Source of the DNA: the human T2T-CHM13v2.0 reference genome, Homo sapiens
Assembly: GCF_009914755.1 (NCBI RefSeq)
Contig: NC_060945.1
Strand: one strand, 5' to 3'
Length of the DNA: 64,000 nucleotides
Part shown: one piece after another, positions 31,291-55,640 of the stretch
How the letters are laid out: each line of letters starts with the position of its first letter
How positions within the stretch are numbered: position 1 is the stretch's first letter
The notes under the pieces: generated by a model
What the model was told of the DNA's origin: nothing
What the model saw: the letters and a program-made list of their open reading frames with translations, nothing else
Databases searched by the model: none
Made by a program: the position numbers and the translations under genes

Positions 31291-32669
31291 AGCACACACG
31301 TTTTCTATGTATATCTGAACATCTGTCTTGGCAACATGTGGAAAAGGATGGGGTTTCCAATTTGACTTTAAACAAATTCATCTTCTTTTGGTAAGTCTTG
31401 ATGAACGCAGGAGTTAACAAATATGATCACTGAAAACGTGATCTTATTCCAGTTTCTAATGAACATATTCTTGTATTTTTAAATCAACCATATTAAAGAA
31501 CTGCCGTGTGGATAAAGCAAGTCGATACTGATTCTGGGTAGATAATAAAAATAATTTCCAAAATCAATGTTCAAGATATCTTCAGTATTGCCAAAAAGGC
31601 ATTTTTCATTCAGTTTCTTTCAGGGTGGAAACAGTCCCAACCTAGAAAGCTGATCAGAAGACTCCCACCCACATACCAGCAATTGGTATCTGCATGGCTA
31701 CGTACGCAGCTTCCTCTGAATCCAGGTACTACTCAGTCATCACTGCTGCTTCCTTGGGGCTGTCCAAAGCCTTTGGTGCTAACAATAAAGGACTAGAAAC
31801 ACTTCTTTTCTTCACAGAAGATGTACATCATACTACATGTGTTTCCTCTGGACAGATCTCTTAGGCAATTCATAAAACTCCCATACAGATGAATCTTTAA
31901 ACACTCACAGGGGTTTGGGGGGCTTTTATTTTAAAGGTTCTATTATTTTCAGCAGGATAATGTATCTACTAAGGCCAAATTATTGACCAAAACTTAATAA
32001 ATCAAAAAAATTCCTGACTTTCATCCCTCTTGCATATAAGACTGAAGAGTTGTGTCTCATCCAGCAAGGGAAGTGCTGCGAGGCTGCTATCACAAAAGTA
32101 TCTTTCTTTCTGCTGCATAAAGGAAAGGCTATCTCACCCCGCGTGGACTCCACTGCTCCTGAGACAACAACAGCAGACTGTCAAAGACGTCCCTTAACCA
32201 GCAGAGGTAGACAGGAAGTCATAATCCACTTCCCCTCATTGACAAGGTTTGTTCAGTAAAGAACACCAGCCTATGTCAAAGTAGTAGCCTTTGGGTGTTA
32301 AACAAAGAGATACTTGTAAGTATAAAACAGACAAGTTAATGCTAGTGCCAGAAAGAAGTTAGGGCATATCTGTTACCAGACAATAAAAGCATCCCTTACA
32401 ATGTGAGGTGGCCTGAAAAGAGCCCAGAAGAAACAGAGGGAAAAGAAGTTACAGCACGAGTGCCTTGAGGCTCCCATCAGAAATAACGGCCATACATCAA
32501 ATGCATTTATCAGGGAAATGAGAAATTAACGTCGAATATACATGCGAGGTCTCAGCAATAAACACAGTATTAAATTCTTGGGCCCGTCTACTAACGTTGA
32601 GAGAAAGACCACACCGTTTGTCAGAAGAAAACTTGTGAAGTCAGTCGCGTAGGACTAGGAAGCTCTCAC

Positions 32670-32819
32670 CTGAATGTTGACAAACACGCCATGATACGTC
32701 TCATACAGAACTTTGTTACCCTTCAAGTGCAGAGGAAATTCAAAAGGGATTTCTGTTTTGCCGCTGGGAAATTTCCCCGGCTTCACCATTTCTATGGTGC
32801 TGTTGATAATCTGGATAGG
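32670..32819 (-). CDS. VPS26C: VPS26C coding exon 3, PIQIINSTIEMVKPGKFPSGKTEIPFEFPLHLKGNKVLYETYHGVFVNIQ
   Basis: Acceptor TTTTTGTTTACAG|CCT, donor CAG|GTGAGA; 150 nt; contains the VPS26-family LYETYHG motif. Confidence 0.97.
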
Positions 32820-33774
32820 CTGTAAACAAAAATCAGTTCAGTCCATCAGCACACACTTGGAAATGTCCTTTCCAATTACTAATAACGTTCTGAAGGACAC
32901 AGCACCCCGACCCCCTGGAGGCCACCATCCTGCTGTCTTCGGCAGCTCTGCGCTGGGTCTGGAGATGAACAGTGACTTGGCTCTGCTTTTTAAGACTCTG
33001 GCACAATAATGATTCATTTACAACATGAGACACATAGGTGCTTGAGACACATGGGAACTGAACTGATACATCCCTCTCTCCTCCCCAGGTATCTCATTTA
33101 ACTGTTTTAACGACCCCGATCTTCAGGATCAAGAAGCAGACCCAGCACAGTGAGGCTGCCTGGCTAACAGGGTTGACGTGTGAACCCACGGCTCCCCCTC
33201 ACCGAGCCCCGTGCTCTTCTGGGCAGCGCTGCCTCTGCTCCTGACAGCCCACCAGCTTCCTCGGAGCCTTCCTGCTGCAGCCGCTCAGGGAGAGCAGGCC
33301 TTTCCTCCAGCCCTGTGGCCTGCACAGACCTCCTCAGCTGGGCCTCCAAGGAGGAGCAGGAGGGTACTAACATTTGGAACCTGCCTTCAAGGCACGTATT
33401 CATGCTTTTTAAGCATTTATAGTTTAACATCAGTGGCTCGGAGAAGACCCATGACTTAGGAAGTGAATCTCTTAAGTACTAATGGATTAAAATAAAGTTG
33501 TAGAAAACATAGGAAGCCCCTAAATCTGAACACTGTGAATGCACCTTTCTCTGTCTTCACTCTTTTCCCTGCAAAACTTAAAGCGTTAATATGTCCTTCA
33601 GGAAAAGGCAACTACAAGAATAGAGAAAGAGTTTACATTCTGGAACACAAAACTCTACCCTAAATGACAAAAACAACAGTTACTTGCTCTATTTTCATCT
33701 TACCTTAGTGTCAAATCAACAGTAGCATAGACACAGCTAATAAAATGACAGTTTTGATTTTGGAAGGCATGTAA

Positions 33775-34653
<879 letters not shown>

Positions 34654-34704
34654 CAACATTTCAATATTGAACTAAAAACTTGCAATCTAAGCATTCTTTC
34701 TTAC

Positions 34705-34848
34705 CTTAACAGAATTATAAAAAGCTTCAAACACACCCACACTTTTGGCACTGAGCTGGAGGTTTACAGTTCCTTCCATGGTCAAAGACACTCCCTGGTG
34801 TTGGACTGAATCCTTACTCGATATGACCACCACGCCAGAGAGCACTTC
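34705..34848 (-). CDS. VPS26C: VPS26C coding exon 2, EVLSGVVVISSKDSVQHQGVSLTMEGTVNLQLSAKSVGVFEAFYNSVK
   Basis: Acceptor TTTCTCTCCCAG|GAA, donor AAG|GTAAGA; 144 nt, phase 0-0. Confidence 0.97.
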
Positions 34849-35744
34849 CTGGGAGAGAAAAGACAGCCACCAATCAAATTAGCATGCTTCCTCCATTCTA
34901 CCTTGTTTATTAGCAAACGTAGGTCTCCTTCATCATCAATTTGTTTAAAGATCCAGACATTCACTGAGACACCTGGATACCAGGGTGGAGAAGGCCCAGG
35001 TCCTGGTAGGGGACAGATGCCCACTGATAATGACGTGGCAGCCTGGACACACCTGACGGGGAGCACCCGGGTGTGGGGATGAGAAACCTCGTCCCGTCAC
35101 TGCCTCTCAGACATGTCTTCATTCCTGGTTGGGGAATCTCAACAGATGTCTGAATTCAAGAGTGCAAGGAGAAGGGCCAGGGCAAATGTAAGTTCCCAGT
35201 GATATCACACATGGGCATGGATGAGGTCCCTTCAAAAGGAACAGAAGAAAATAAAACTCTGTTCATTAGGCTCTTTCTCAATAGCGCTGACTAAAATGAC
35301 AGCACAACTGCAAATGCATGAGTAATTTAACACGATGGTTAGCCTGGTGTCCTTTCTGCCCAGAAATGCCTACTGTGAGCAAGACTGGAGGTTATTGGTG
35401 CCACCCACGAGGCAGCAGCATGCCACTTTCCAGAAGGACTGCCCTGTCCCTGTGGTTCCTGCTCACACCAGGAGGCATCGGCGCCTCCATTCCCTTGGTT
35501 CACACATCATCGAGAGACTTCACAACAGATCATCTGTGCATTTATCTGAAGATAATTACTGAGTAATAGATTACGGATAGTAACTGCATTCGCTATTGGA
35601 GAGCAGTTTCTTCCTGTCACCATAGAACTGGATGGTCTCAATCTGTTACAGGGGCTCGAGTGGAAGAGGAAATTGAGGGGATGAAATAGTATCAAGCGGA
35701 ACAGAAAGACTGAATCCACAGTCCACACAGAACAACACGTCTCA

Positions 35745-36892
<1,148 letters not shown>

Positions 36893-37739
36893 TTATCAAT
36901 TGAACCACACAGTAGCGCCTGAGGATGGTCCCGTTCCTATGCAGTCATAACCCTTTCCGTCAGTCTCACGGGAACAGGTCTCTGGGTCTCCCTGATGGGC
37001 ATATTCTAACTATGACATCAGTAAAGCCTTTTCCCTCCTTAATCCCTGCAGCGTAGGAGGAAAAAAGTAGTGACATACCTCGGAAGTAAGCAGAGTAAAT
37101 ATTTTATGACTCGAGACACAATATAGTACAGAAAATACAAAATTAACATTTGTGGATAAATTAGATATTCTTATAATATACAGGTTTATTCAACTCCTAC
37201 CAGTGAAAGAAGGATAGGGAATTAGCCCACCTGAGGCCGAGGGCCAAGGGATTTAGAAACAGGAGACGGTTTAACAGAGAGGCAAGATCTGTCTACACAA
37301 TGCTTGATTGATCCTGGCAGAGGAAGATAGGATACACTGGTAGAACAGACATTAAGGAAAACCCAAGATCTCACCAAGAACTTCTCCCTCAGATTTTCGT
37401 CTAGACTTTCATCAGGAAGACATAAGATTTATGGCTCCAGATAGTACTAATACCTCGTCCAACATCACAAGCAGAGGCCTTCAACTGGGGGCCGTGACTA
37501 CAAAGAGGGACCGTTCACAGACTGGCAACGAACCCAGAACGTATACACCGAAATCGTGTGCAGGGTGCTACTGTTTTGGGAGAAGAGCCGTAGCTTCTGT
37601 CTCATCATGGAGGAGGCGCCTGGCCTGGGAAAGGCCATATTGTCAAGTGGGAGGAGGAAGAGGCGCAGCCCCGTGTGGTGTGCGTGCTCATCAGAGAAGC
37701 CAGCACAGACACTGGGACCCACTCGCGTCACCAAGAGCC

Positions 37740-38208
37740 AACCCCTCTTCAGGGTGAGTAAAGGAAAGAGCTTTCATTGGAGGAATGTGAATACTTTTCA
37801 GTTATCCAGCCCAGAGACACTGAAAGGAGACGGCAGTCCCGTCCTCCCCTTCTCTGGGTTGTGCTCATCTCTCGAAACTACCTGCTTTTGCCACCAGCAG
37901 CTAAGCTATAAATTCCCTCAATCACACCCCATCCGAGACTACAGCCCGCACCCTAGAGCTTAACAATGGAGAGCCAATCGCCCATCAATGCCATTTCTGT
38001 AAGCCTATGAGAATTCCTGGCAAACAACTTTGTATCACCCCACTCCGTGTCCCCCTTTCTTTGCCTTAACAACCTACTTGTAACACAGGGGAACGGAGTT
38101 CATATCCAGGGTCACTGGGTCTGTATCTTCTGGGCAGCTGTCCTCTCTTTGGCTCGAGTCAGCTCTTTATTATACTTTGTGCCTCAGCTGCTTTGCTTTA
38201 GATGGACA
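37740..38208 (+). mobile_element. Old ERV1-class LTR remnant (MER34/MER39-like)
   Basis: Degenerate U3-R-U5 pattern (GAGAATTCCTG...CAACTTTGTATC...GGCAGCTGTCCTC...TTTGTGCCTCAG...GACA); boundaries uncertain. Confidence 0.4.
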
Positions 38209-38484
38209 GAGGCCATGCACCCAAGAACCACACCACTCAGAGCCTGCTTCGAGGGGCTCCTCCAAGTCCCTGCCCTGGAGGAGCTAAGTCTGGAGAGAGG
38301 CCTGAAGCTGCCCATCTTCAACCTCAGCCCAAAGAGCCGCCTGGAAACAAGCATTCCAAAGGCTACTGGCCACCTTGCTCTTCTCAGCTTTGCTGGCTCT
38401 CACAGCGGAAACCACTGGCAAGTTTGTTCAAAGGGGGGCAAAAGCAACCACATTTTCTAACTTTGTATTCTCTTTTTTTTCCTC

Positions 38485-41263
<2,779 letters not shown>

Positions 41264-41269
41264 TACACT

Positions 41270-41455
41270 TTTCAGTATGGTAGCTGTAAGCCATATGTGA
41301 CTATTGAAACTTAAACTTATATTAATAGTTAAAATTCAGGACCTTCCATTTCAAGTGTTTAATAGCCACACTATGGCCAGTGGCTATCATAAGAGACAGA
41401 GCAGATAAGAAGTACATTCACATCATCACAGAGAGCTCTACTGGACAGTGCTGAT
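41270..41455. mobile_element. MER3-like hAT element
   Basis: ATGGTAGC...AATAGCCAC...GTGGCTA...CTACTGGACAGTGCTG pattern. Confidence 0.55.
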
Positions 41456-42097
41456 TTAAAGTTAATAAGTCAAATAATGTCGTACAAATAAACTTAACAG
41501 AAGTAAACAACGACGAATACTATAAGTAACTAAGATCAGGTAGTAGCGGGAAGAAAGGGAAAAGGAAAGAGGAAATATGCTAATTTACCATTGTTCACAG
41601 TAGGAAATTAATAAATAATGTCTAAAATGTGAAGATTCAGGTACAATAAAAAGTTGCAAGGGTAACAGTTAAAACAAAAATAAAACTCCAGATGACTAGA
41701 AAATCATACAAACAACTAAAGCAAACAAGACAGACTGTAAAAAGATGTTTCAAAAGCTACTTAAAAACACATTCCCCCCAACCAAGCAGGAATGACAGAA
41801 TTAATGCCAAACGTATGTCATATTAACAAATGAGCCAAATTAATGCCTATTCAAAAACAGACATGAATATTCCATTACAAGGCAAAACCCAATTTTATGT
41901 TGTATGACAGAGAAGCACCTAAAATGGCAGGGGTGGATTTGGAGAGGATAAAAAAGAAAGGATAAACAAAGGCAAAGAAAGAAGGCATGGATTGTCACCT
42001 TAATATCAGACAATGCTGAATTCCGAGAATGAAGGATTAAACAAGACAAAGGGGACTTTACAATTCTAAAGGAGCAACTCACAATAAAGACTTGTGA

Positions 42098-45147
<3,050 letters not shown>

Positions 45148-46769
45148 TCAGAAGAAAAATGAAAAAAAAAAGGGCAAATGATCTGAACAAAGAGCTCACA
45201 GAAAAGGGAATGCAGATTGTTCCTAAACACAGAAAAATATGCTCAATTTCAACAAAAATATGATAAATAGCAATTAAAACAAAGATAAAAAAATGTCATT
45301 ACATTGTGTTGCCAGAGGGGAGGCAATAAGCCTTCTCTGCATTGCTGGGGATAACCTGAAATGTTGCAACCTCGTGCTGGCTATTTGGCAAGACCAAAAA
45401 CATTTTACAAACACATGGGCCCAGCAGATACATTTGCAGATGTGAGATGACTTATGAACATAGTTATTCACTGCAACACTGTTTGTAAATAACAAAAGAT
45501 GGTCGACAAACTAAATTCCAACAATAGGAAAATTGTGAGTTTTCTTTCAACAATGTGGAGATCATTTACACTAGTACATATGGGGATGCAGGGCTAGTTT
45601 CCTTCATTTATCTTAAGAACTGACTCCTTATTGCATATGAATCAGCATGTCCAGTCTACGCCCCCTCACTCCCATACATTCTACTTTTTTTTAAAATTTA
45701 AGCTGTATATTGCACCATTTGTGAAAAAGAGGAAGAAAAAGCACATTTGTACATATTTACTTGTAGATGCATACAGTATCTTTGGAAGGAATCACAAGAA
45801 ATTGATAGCTGTGGTTGCCCCACAGGAGAAGCCCTTGATGAATAGGGTGGGTGAGGCAGGGGGTATCGATCTTGAAATTCATGAATGTTGAACCCTGTGA
45901 ATTGATTACCTATTATAATGAATCCATTTTTAAATAAAACAAAATCCCAGAGTGGGTAGCCTTTAGACCTCAATGTACAAAGTTCTAAGCCTCTTAAATT
46001 TTGATAACCTATAGGCCTAATAGTCTCTCCTCAGGAAAAGATCTGAAGATTGTGTGTTAAAAAGTCACATTTCTTTGGGTTAGTTCTTATTTTGGACTTG
46101 AACACAACTGCTAGAAAAGTAAAAGCCTCTCAACGCCTCAGCCATTCTCTCTGCAATGCTTTTCCTTTCCAATGGTCCTGGCAGTGGGATGCACCATGAC
46201 AGCCCATCTTCGTTCCCCACAGTCGTGTGCATATATCTGAACAAGGCCTTCCCTCCTAAACCACCTGAGATTCTGCCATCCCATTTGGTCTAAAGATCCG
46301 GTACACCTATAGTGAGATGCCTTTTTATTTACCAATGAGGACCAAATGCACTAAGTAGTGAACTAACATGAAAACAAAACACCAAGGTAAGTTACTGAGC
46401 TGGGTGGGAAAACATGAGTGAGACAATTAATTGCTTGTTGAAACACTCTACCCTTTCTTAGTAGCACTGAGAGACCCATTTTGATTAGAAAGCGGAAATC
46501 AGAAACATTAAAGAGATTTCAATGTGTTAGGTATCCCCATCTCCACTATTTTATGTAACTGTTTCCATCTTGTCTGAAAAAACAGGATAAACAATCCTCA
46601 GATAGTTCTCCACATGGTAAGTAATGGCCAGTATTATGTGAAATTTACTGAAGTTCCAGGAAAGAGAATTTTGCATGGAATACACTATCTCCAAACTATC
46701 ATTTAAACTGAGATACTCCAATGCAGTTCATTTCCTGGTACAGAAACAAACAAACAAACAAACAAACTA

Positions 46770-47240
46770 AGACAATGCCACTCAGCAACCCCATTCCTAG
46801 ATTTTAAAACCCAAGTGAAATGAAAGCTATGTTCACACAAAAATCATGCCCAAGTGCTTCTGGGAGCTTTATTCATCATCACCCAAACGTCTTCTACAGG
46901 TGAATAGATGAACGAACTGTGATACATCTATGCAAGGGTGGACAACTCGGCCATCAAAACGAATGAACTATTAACACACAACCTGGATGAATCCGAACGA
47001 AATGCATTACGCTAATGATAAAGCCAGATTCAAAGGCTACAAAGCACATAATCATATTTATGCCAGTTACGTGACATTCTGGAAAAAGCAAACTATAGGG
47101 ACTGAAAACAGGGGCTACAAAGGAGCACAGGGGAATTTGGGGGGTGTCAGATCTGTTCCATATCTTGAATTGTGGGTGGCTACAGTCTCAAGGAACTTTA
47201 TACTGAAAAGAGTCATCTACTGTTTGTAATTATACCTGTT
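46770..47240 (+). mobile_element. Old L1M 3' fragment
   Basis: CAGCAACCCCATTCCTAG...CCCAAGTGAAATGAAAGC...ACATTCTGGAAAAAGCAAACTATAGGGAC. Confidence 0.55.
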
Positions 47241-47929
47241 TTTAAAAAACACAGAAATTATCACGTATAGGAGGAAATAGTTATATTACTTTCTGGACAA
47301 TTGAGTCATATTCTAAAATTGATTAATGTTTAAGTAAAATCTACAAAAGTTAGTTCACTAGCAATGAAACTGTAACAAAATAACAAGATATCAATTTACA
47401 TGGCTTACATACATGTGCTGCCAATATAGAGAAATAATACCATCATTTGACAACTTTTTTGGCATGCTTGCTGTATCAGACACTGTTTTAGGCACTTGGA
47501 CATGGCAGGGAACACAACAGGTGAAGCCCATGCTCTGGGGGCTTATGTTTTAGTATCACATTCTGGGGCAGAACCAACATGGTAAAACATAGCTGGTTCC
47601 TTCTACGTATGGTATAGTATACACACAGGCGTCAATACTAAGTAAAATGGGCTGACAAAAAGCATACTGTCCAATAGTGTGATGTGAAACTTCAAAATCT
47701 GAAACTTTCTTGAGAGCCTGGAAAAGAAACTGAAGCCACTGAACAAAAGTTTAAAAGAAAGGGAAAAATACTATTCATAAAAAGTAAACATTAATAAAAG
47801 TAAGTATATGCAGGATCTTTAGCAGCAGAGTATTAAATTCTAATCATGGTGTGTTGCGTGGCTTCAGGAGTTAGATAGCACATATTAACAAAATTATGTT
47901 AATAGAGACTACCTGATTTCAGATTTCAA

Positions 47930-48160
47930 TAGGATGGAGCATCCCTAGTCTGAAAATCTGAAATCTGAAACGTTCCAAAGTCCAAAGCTTTCTGGGCACT
48001 GACATGACATTCAAAGAAGACCCTCACTGGAGCATTTCGGATTCTGGATTTTTGGATTAGGGATGCTCAACCATTAAATATCTACAAATACTCCAAATCT
48101 GAAAAAATTCCAAAATCCAAAACACCTCTAGTCCCAAGCATTTCGGATAAGGACTATTCA
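47930..48160. mobile_element. Tigger4a (MER46A/Zombi) MITE
   Basis: GAGCATCCCTA-TCTGAAAATCTGAAATCTGAAA...GGATTAGGGATGCTCAACC...TCCCAAGCATTTCGGATAAGG. Confidence 0.75.
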
Positions 48161-48559
48161 AGAAATAACATTCCAACTTGTAGGTTTACAAAGTTGACAT
48201 TCGTTTGGAACTACTGGCATAAGTGCATGTAAAGACTCCAGACTATAAACCAAACATTTAGGAGGGCTCCAATTACAAAGGAGCCTGGAATTGGCATAAT
48301 TACAGGCCAAAGTAATGACCGTGGAACACAGGGAGTCCGCCAAAGAAAATGCTCTGTAGAGCCAGCCCACACTTATATATGAACAACCAAAGAGCCAGCA
48401 GATTGAAATCCCAGAGTGAAATCATGTATGAATCACGATAGTGCAGCATTCAAATCCAAGCCAGGATGCAGGCAAACTTCAGAGTAGAGGACAAGAGATG
48501 AGTCTAGCAGCAAATGAGGCTAACAGCCTAAAGGGCCCTTGTTAGAAAGCAAGAGCACG

Positions 48560-49045
48560 GTTAGGTGGGGTGGCTCGCACTGTAATCCCAACCCACTTTG
48601 GGAGGCTAGGATGGGAGGATCACCTGAAACCAGGAGTTTAAGGCTGCAGTGAGCTATGATTGTGCCACTGTGCTCCAGCCTGCGTAACAGTGCAAGACCC
48701 CATCTCTAAAACAAGTAAGTAAAGAAAGAAAGAGCTCAGGCTGGGTGCGGTGGCTCACGCCTGTAATCCCAGCACTTTGGGAGGCTGGGGCAGGGGAATC
48801 ACCTAAGGTCACAAGTTCAAGACCAGCCTGGCCAGCATGATGAAACCCCATCTCTACTAAAAATACAAAAAATAGCCAGGCATGGTGGCGGGCACCTGTA
48901 ATCCCAGCTACTTGGGAGGCTGCGGCAGGAGAATTGCTTGAACCAGGAGGCAGAGGCTGCAGTGAGCTGAGACATTGCATTCTGCCTGGGTGACAAGAGC
49001 AAAACTCTGTCTAGAAAAAAAAAATAAATAAAAGAAAAGAAAAAA
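48560..49045 (+). mobile_element. Alu monomer (~48560-48710) plus AluS (48739-49045)
   Basis: Forward consensus; TSD AAAGAGCTCAG. Confidence 0.82.
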
Positions 49046-50040
49046 AGAGCTCAGCAAAAAGAGCACTGTAGGGTAGATCACGTGTTAATTAAGCAGTACG
49101 GAACAGGGTCTCTGCTTCAGGTTAATCCAGGGTAGGCTCTGGGGACAGATCACCTAAGGCTGCTCTATGAAACTACTGTGAGATGCAGAGAATGTCATGT
49201 GGTTAATTCTGGGCACTGTTCATGGGGCAGCAGAGGAGAAGGGGCAGAAGACATTCTTTTGTATTAGTTGCATTTTCTTAGCAAGTAAAAATATATATTT
49301 TCAATTTACAAAATGGTTTTTTAAAATCTGAAACACACGGTCAAACTATCATGACTGTATTTTTTTTAGATTAGAAAAAGCTTAGTTTTTTTCCTGATGA
49401 TTACTGAAGAATGGGATTTCTGCCCATCGGCTCCTAATTTTCCATTGACAGGACTGCTTGCTGCTCCTTTCCCAAAGGTGAAGATTTGGGTTTTAGAGAA
49501 ATTGTCTTAAATAATTCTTTCTGATAAAACAAAGGAAGAGCTAATTTTGGGCTGAAATCATGCCTGGCATGTGACAGTAAAACCATAAACGTAAATAAGA
49601 CACTGTCATGGGGGAACGGTAGTGAGGATGAAGGGACCGCGACCATCACTGGAAAGCATGTGAGCCAATGCTACTGGCCACCAGAGACCTGCCCAACGGA
49701 TCAGAGCACACACAGCAGGTGTAACCCTCACAGCTACCCAGAGGTCAATTCTGTCTGAGCATCAGTAATCCAGGGTCAGGACAGCTTGTTCCTATCAGAA
49801 GCAAAAGGGCCACAATCTCATGTTGTCCTTCCCAGCTCAAGTTCCCAGGACAAGTAAGTAGGACAACAGTGAAGGTCTCCAGAGCCCACCAGCTTTTGCT
49901 GAGACTGCTAGTCCAAGAGCCCCAGCTGAGTAAATTCTCCAGGAGGAAAATGGCAGAAACTATCAAAGGATAGTCAGTAAACTGGTGGGTCTGTACCTTT
50001 TTGGCTTAAATGCTCCAGTAAATAAAGGCAAAATATTTAA

Positions 50041-50341
<301 letters not shown>

Positions 50342-51067
50342 CTAGGCACTGTATTATATCTGAAAGCTAACAGAACTTGTAAGTTTTGACACAGGACCAA
50401 ATTAAATGGGTTGGCATGAAAAAACTTCAACTTTGTTGCCTCTTGCTAGTCACAACATCCTATAACTAATACTTTACAAGAGAACCACTGGCCGTAGGCC
50501 TGTGAAGACACCTCAGCAGCCACTTTGGGATGTGAGGAAGAGTCAGGGAAGGGAGGGAGGAAATAGATATTCTCACTTAAAGTAGAACAGCTCTGCTTTT
50601 ATCTGTTTATAAAATAAAGTATTTTAATATGTATTATTAAAATTGACATTAGAATTTTATATAAGACTTCATTTAATAAAAGGGTTTCATTGCTTTTTTG
50701 GAAAATCTTTATGCTAAACGATGTTCATTTTATTGACTTATTTATAAGGAAACAACCATTTGTAACTTACCAGATGAAAGGTAAAATCTATTTTCTATCA
50801 CCTTGGAAAGGCACTATTTCTCTGAGCCTGGATTTGTTTTCTGCCAACAAGTGACGGCACAAGCTCTCTATTACAGAGAGTAAAAAGCCCAGGCAGTCTT
50901 TTTCATGGCTGCTCACCATGTAAACATGTCCATAAAGTGTTCTGTGTAGCTAAGTTAGAGGACAAGAAGAAGTACTTTACAAAAATTACATCTTTACATA
51001 TTTGCGTTTGTATGACATACTTTTTTCTTTTATTCCTGATAATAAAGTTTTACCATTTTATAATTTA

Positions 51068-53050
<1,983 letters not shown>

Positions 53051-54603
53051 ACAAGATTTGCAGCAACAAACACCAAGTGGAGAACTACATGAACACTTTT
53101 GATCGCATCCCAGTTTTCAGACAATCTCGGATAATTCTGAAAATGCTTCTTATGCATTATATAAGAGTTTAGGTTATGATTTAACAGACAAGCTTTTTCA
53201 GGAGTATTAGGTTATTGGCAGAAGAAGAGACCTACTTAAAGTTTGGATGACTGTATTCCTAAAAGGTTCATACCTCTCAAAATTACCTTAAGATCTCTTC
53301 TGGCTCAGAGATTTAAATTTTTATACCCTAAGTCCTTACAACAAGCATTCACTGTTACAACTGATCATTCATTTACTAAGAATCCAGCAGGTTAAAGTAG
53401 AATATTTAAGCTTAAAAAAAAAAACAAAAAAACTAGCATTTTAGCTTTGCAATTTTTCTTCATAATAATGAACTGTTATGTATAGGGTTTCTCCTTTTTT
53501 TTCATAAGAAATTACGGGCATGCCCAATTAAGGTAGTATTGAGGTTCTTAAGGTAACAGTACTCAGTCCACAGTGTATAAATTTCTTCTCACTGTAACCT
53601 GGCTATGCTGGGGAGTAAATCTCTTATTTATGTTTTTCACAACCATAATATTTAACAATGTCATTTTCATGAGTACATGTGCCAGAATTTAAGAATGTAA
53701 AACATTCTGGATTTATAAAAACAAATGAATTATATTTACACTACAGAAAGATTTACTGCAGGATTTTTCTAACCAATAAGCTCCCCTACAGCGTTCCAAG
53801 ACACAAAGTAATTTACAGTGCATTTGAGTCCAACTTTTTGATCAAGAACACATCTGCTGCACTAAGCAAAGGAGTTGCAGCAACACCAAAATCACACTTG
53901 GCTCTCACGGCCAAAATCGCCGTCACCTCCGTATGTTCTCCTTGGTCACTGACTCTCCTTCCTCCAAGCAGACATAGACAGTGGGCACATATTTGACAAT
54001 CTGTGAAGCATCTGACAAGCACTCATTATGCCATTTGGAGGGTGTACTAACGTAACTAGCATTGTGGCATACAAAGGGCAATTCTAAGGGTGAACAGACT
54101 TCGGAGCGTGGAAAAGAACATGACAATGCCACCACCTATTACTGCGGCCCCCACGAGGTGTTGGAAGCTAGGATAAGTGTCTTAAAACACTATCTCATTT
54201 AATTTTTAAAATACAACCTTTGAGTAGGTATCATCTCCATTCTACAGATGAGAATTAAGACCCAGAGAAGGCACAAAGAATCCTGGATTTAGGAATAAAA
54301 AGATGCAACTTCAAATATTTGCTATCATCAGTCCCCCTGGCATGTCCCTGAATTCTCTGGGCCTCAGTCTTCTGAACCACAAAACGGAGAAAACGCTACC
54401 TCTTAACAGTATATGGAGGATTAAAGCACTCTGTGAGCTGGAAAAGGCTATCCTAGTCTACCTAGTTATAAAACAGTATTAGTTAGGTGTTTCCATGGGA
54501 AATTTAATCTTTCACTGGAAGTAGGGAATTAGGGAATGTTTAACACAATTCCTGATTATCTCATATCACCCATGGGTCTTTGGAAACAGAAGTCAAGTTT
54601 TTA

Positions 54604-54725
54604 GGCCAGGTGTGGTGGCTCATGCCTGTAATCCCAACACTTTTGTCAGGCCAAGGCAGGAGGATTGCTTGAGGCCAGGAGTTTGAGACCGACCTGGGCA
54701 ACATAGCGTGATTTCATCTCTATCT
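54604..54725 (+). mobile_element. Alu monomer (FLAM-like)
   Basis: Left-monomer consensus. Confidence 0.7.
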
Positions 54726-55437
54726 TAATAAAATACTTAAAAAAAGAAGTTTTCTACCCAAGTGGAAGGATGCTTAGGGAGAAGGTGCCCCAACAGCAAT
54801 GCTGCAAGCTTGGAGAAAGGGTCTATATTCACGCTGAGCCACAGGAACTGGGATGAAGACCCTGGAAAATCAAACCTTGGACAATTTTCTATTATATTCC
54901 ATTCCTGAATCAGAGAGAAAACCATATTTATAGGAATTCTGGAATCTCTACTCCCAATTTATTTGAATCATGATCTTAAGAATGACTATTTTAAAGCAAA
55001 TACAAGTAATGGTGGGTGCAATGTGTAGCTCTGGGGCTATGTCAAAATAAGAATAAATCTTATCAACATCTGTCTGAAATTGATACCTAGAATATTATTT
55101 ATAATTACGAAGCAAAATCCATAATGTGCCTACAATACCATAGTTTCCCCTTTCTGATCAATGCATTTATAAAATTATCAGTCTTCTGCATTTTGTTTAA
55201 ATGTTTCAGGGCTTCAACTCATCATTTAATAAAGTTTTTGAGCACCTATTAAGTGGTGAGTACTGCCAGGCCCAGGAATACAAAGATAAACAAAACCAAA
55301 TATTTTAATTGAGTGGACTAATAGAACAAAGTCACTACAACAGAAGGTAATCAGTGCAATGACAGCAGTATACACAAAATGTGTTTGTAAACTATTGCCA
55401 GTTACTACTAAATTACAGAAAACATTCCCATGTTATT

Positions 55438-55640
55438 CTGTTCACTTTGTTTCCTTCGCTGTGTAGAAGTTTTTTAGCTTGATGTGATCCCATCTGTCCA
55501 TTTTTGCTTGGGTTGCCTGTCCTTTTAAGGTATTGCTCAAGAAATCTTTGCCCAGACCAATGTCCTGGAGCATTCCCCAATGTTTCTTTTAGTAGCTTCA
55601 TAGTTTCGGATCTTCTAAGTCCTTAGTCCATTTTGATTGT
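55438..55640 (-). mobile_element. Internal L1 ORF2 fragment (L1MA/L1PB-like) flanked by a 15-bp direct repeat
   Basis: L1 ORF2 3' homology (MKLLKETLG... ORF); CATTCCCATGTTATT at 55423-55437 and 55641-55655. Confidence 0.8.

Noticed and set aside
53679-54135. Overlapping ORFs with protein-like composition (possible pseudogene fragment)
   Set aside because: I could not assign them to any family; no tail or TSD seen; a TBLASTX search would be needed
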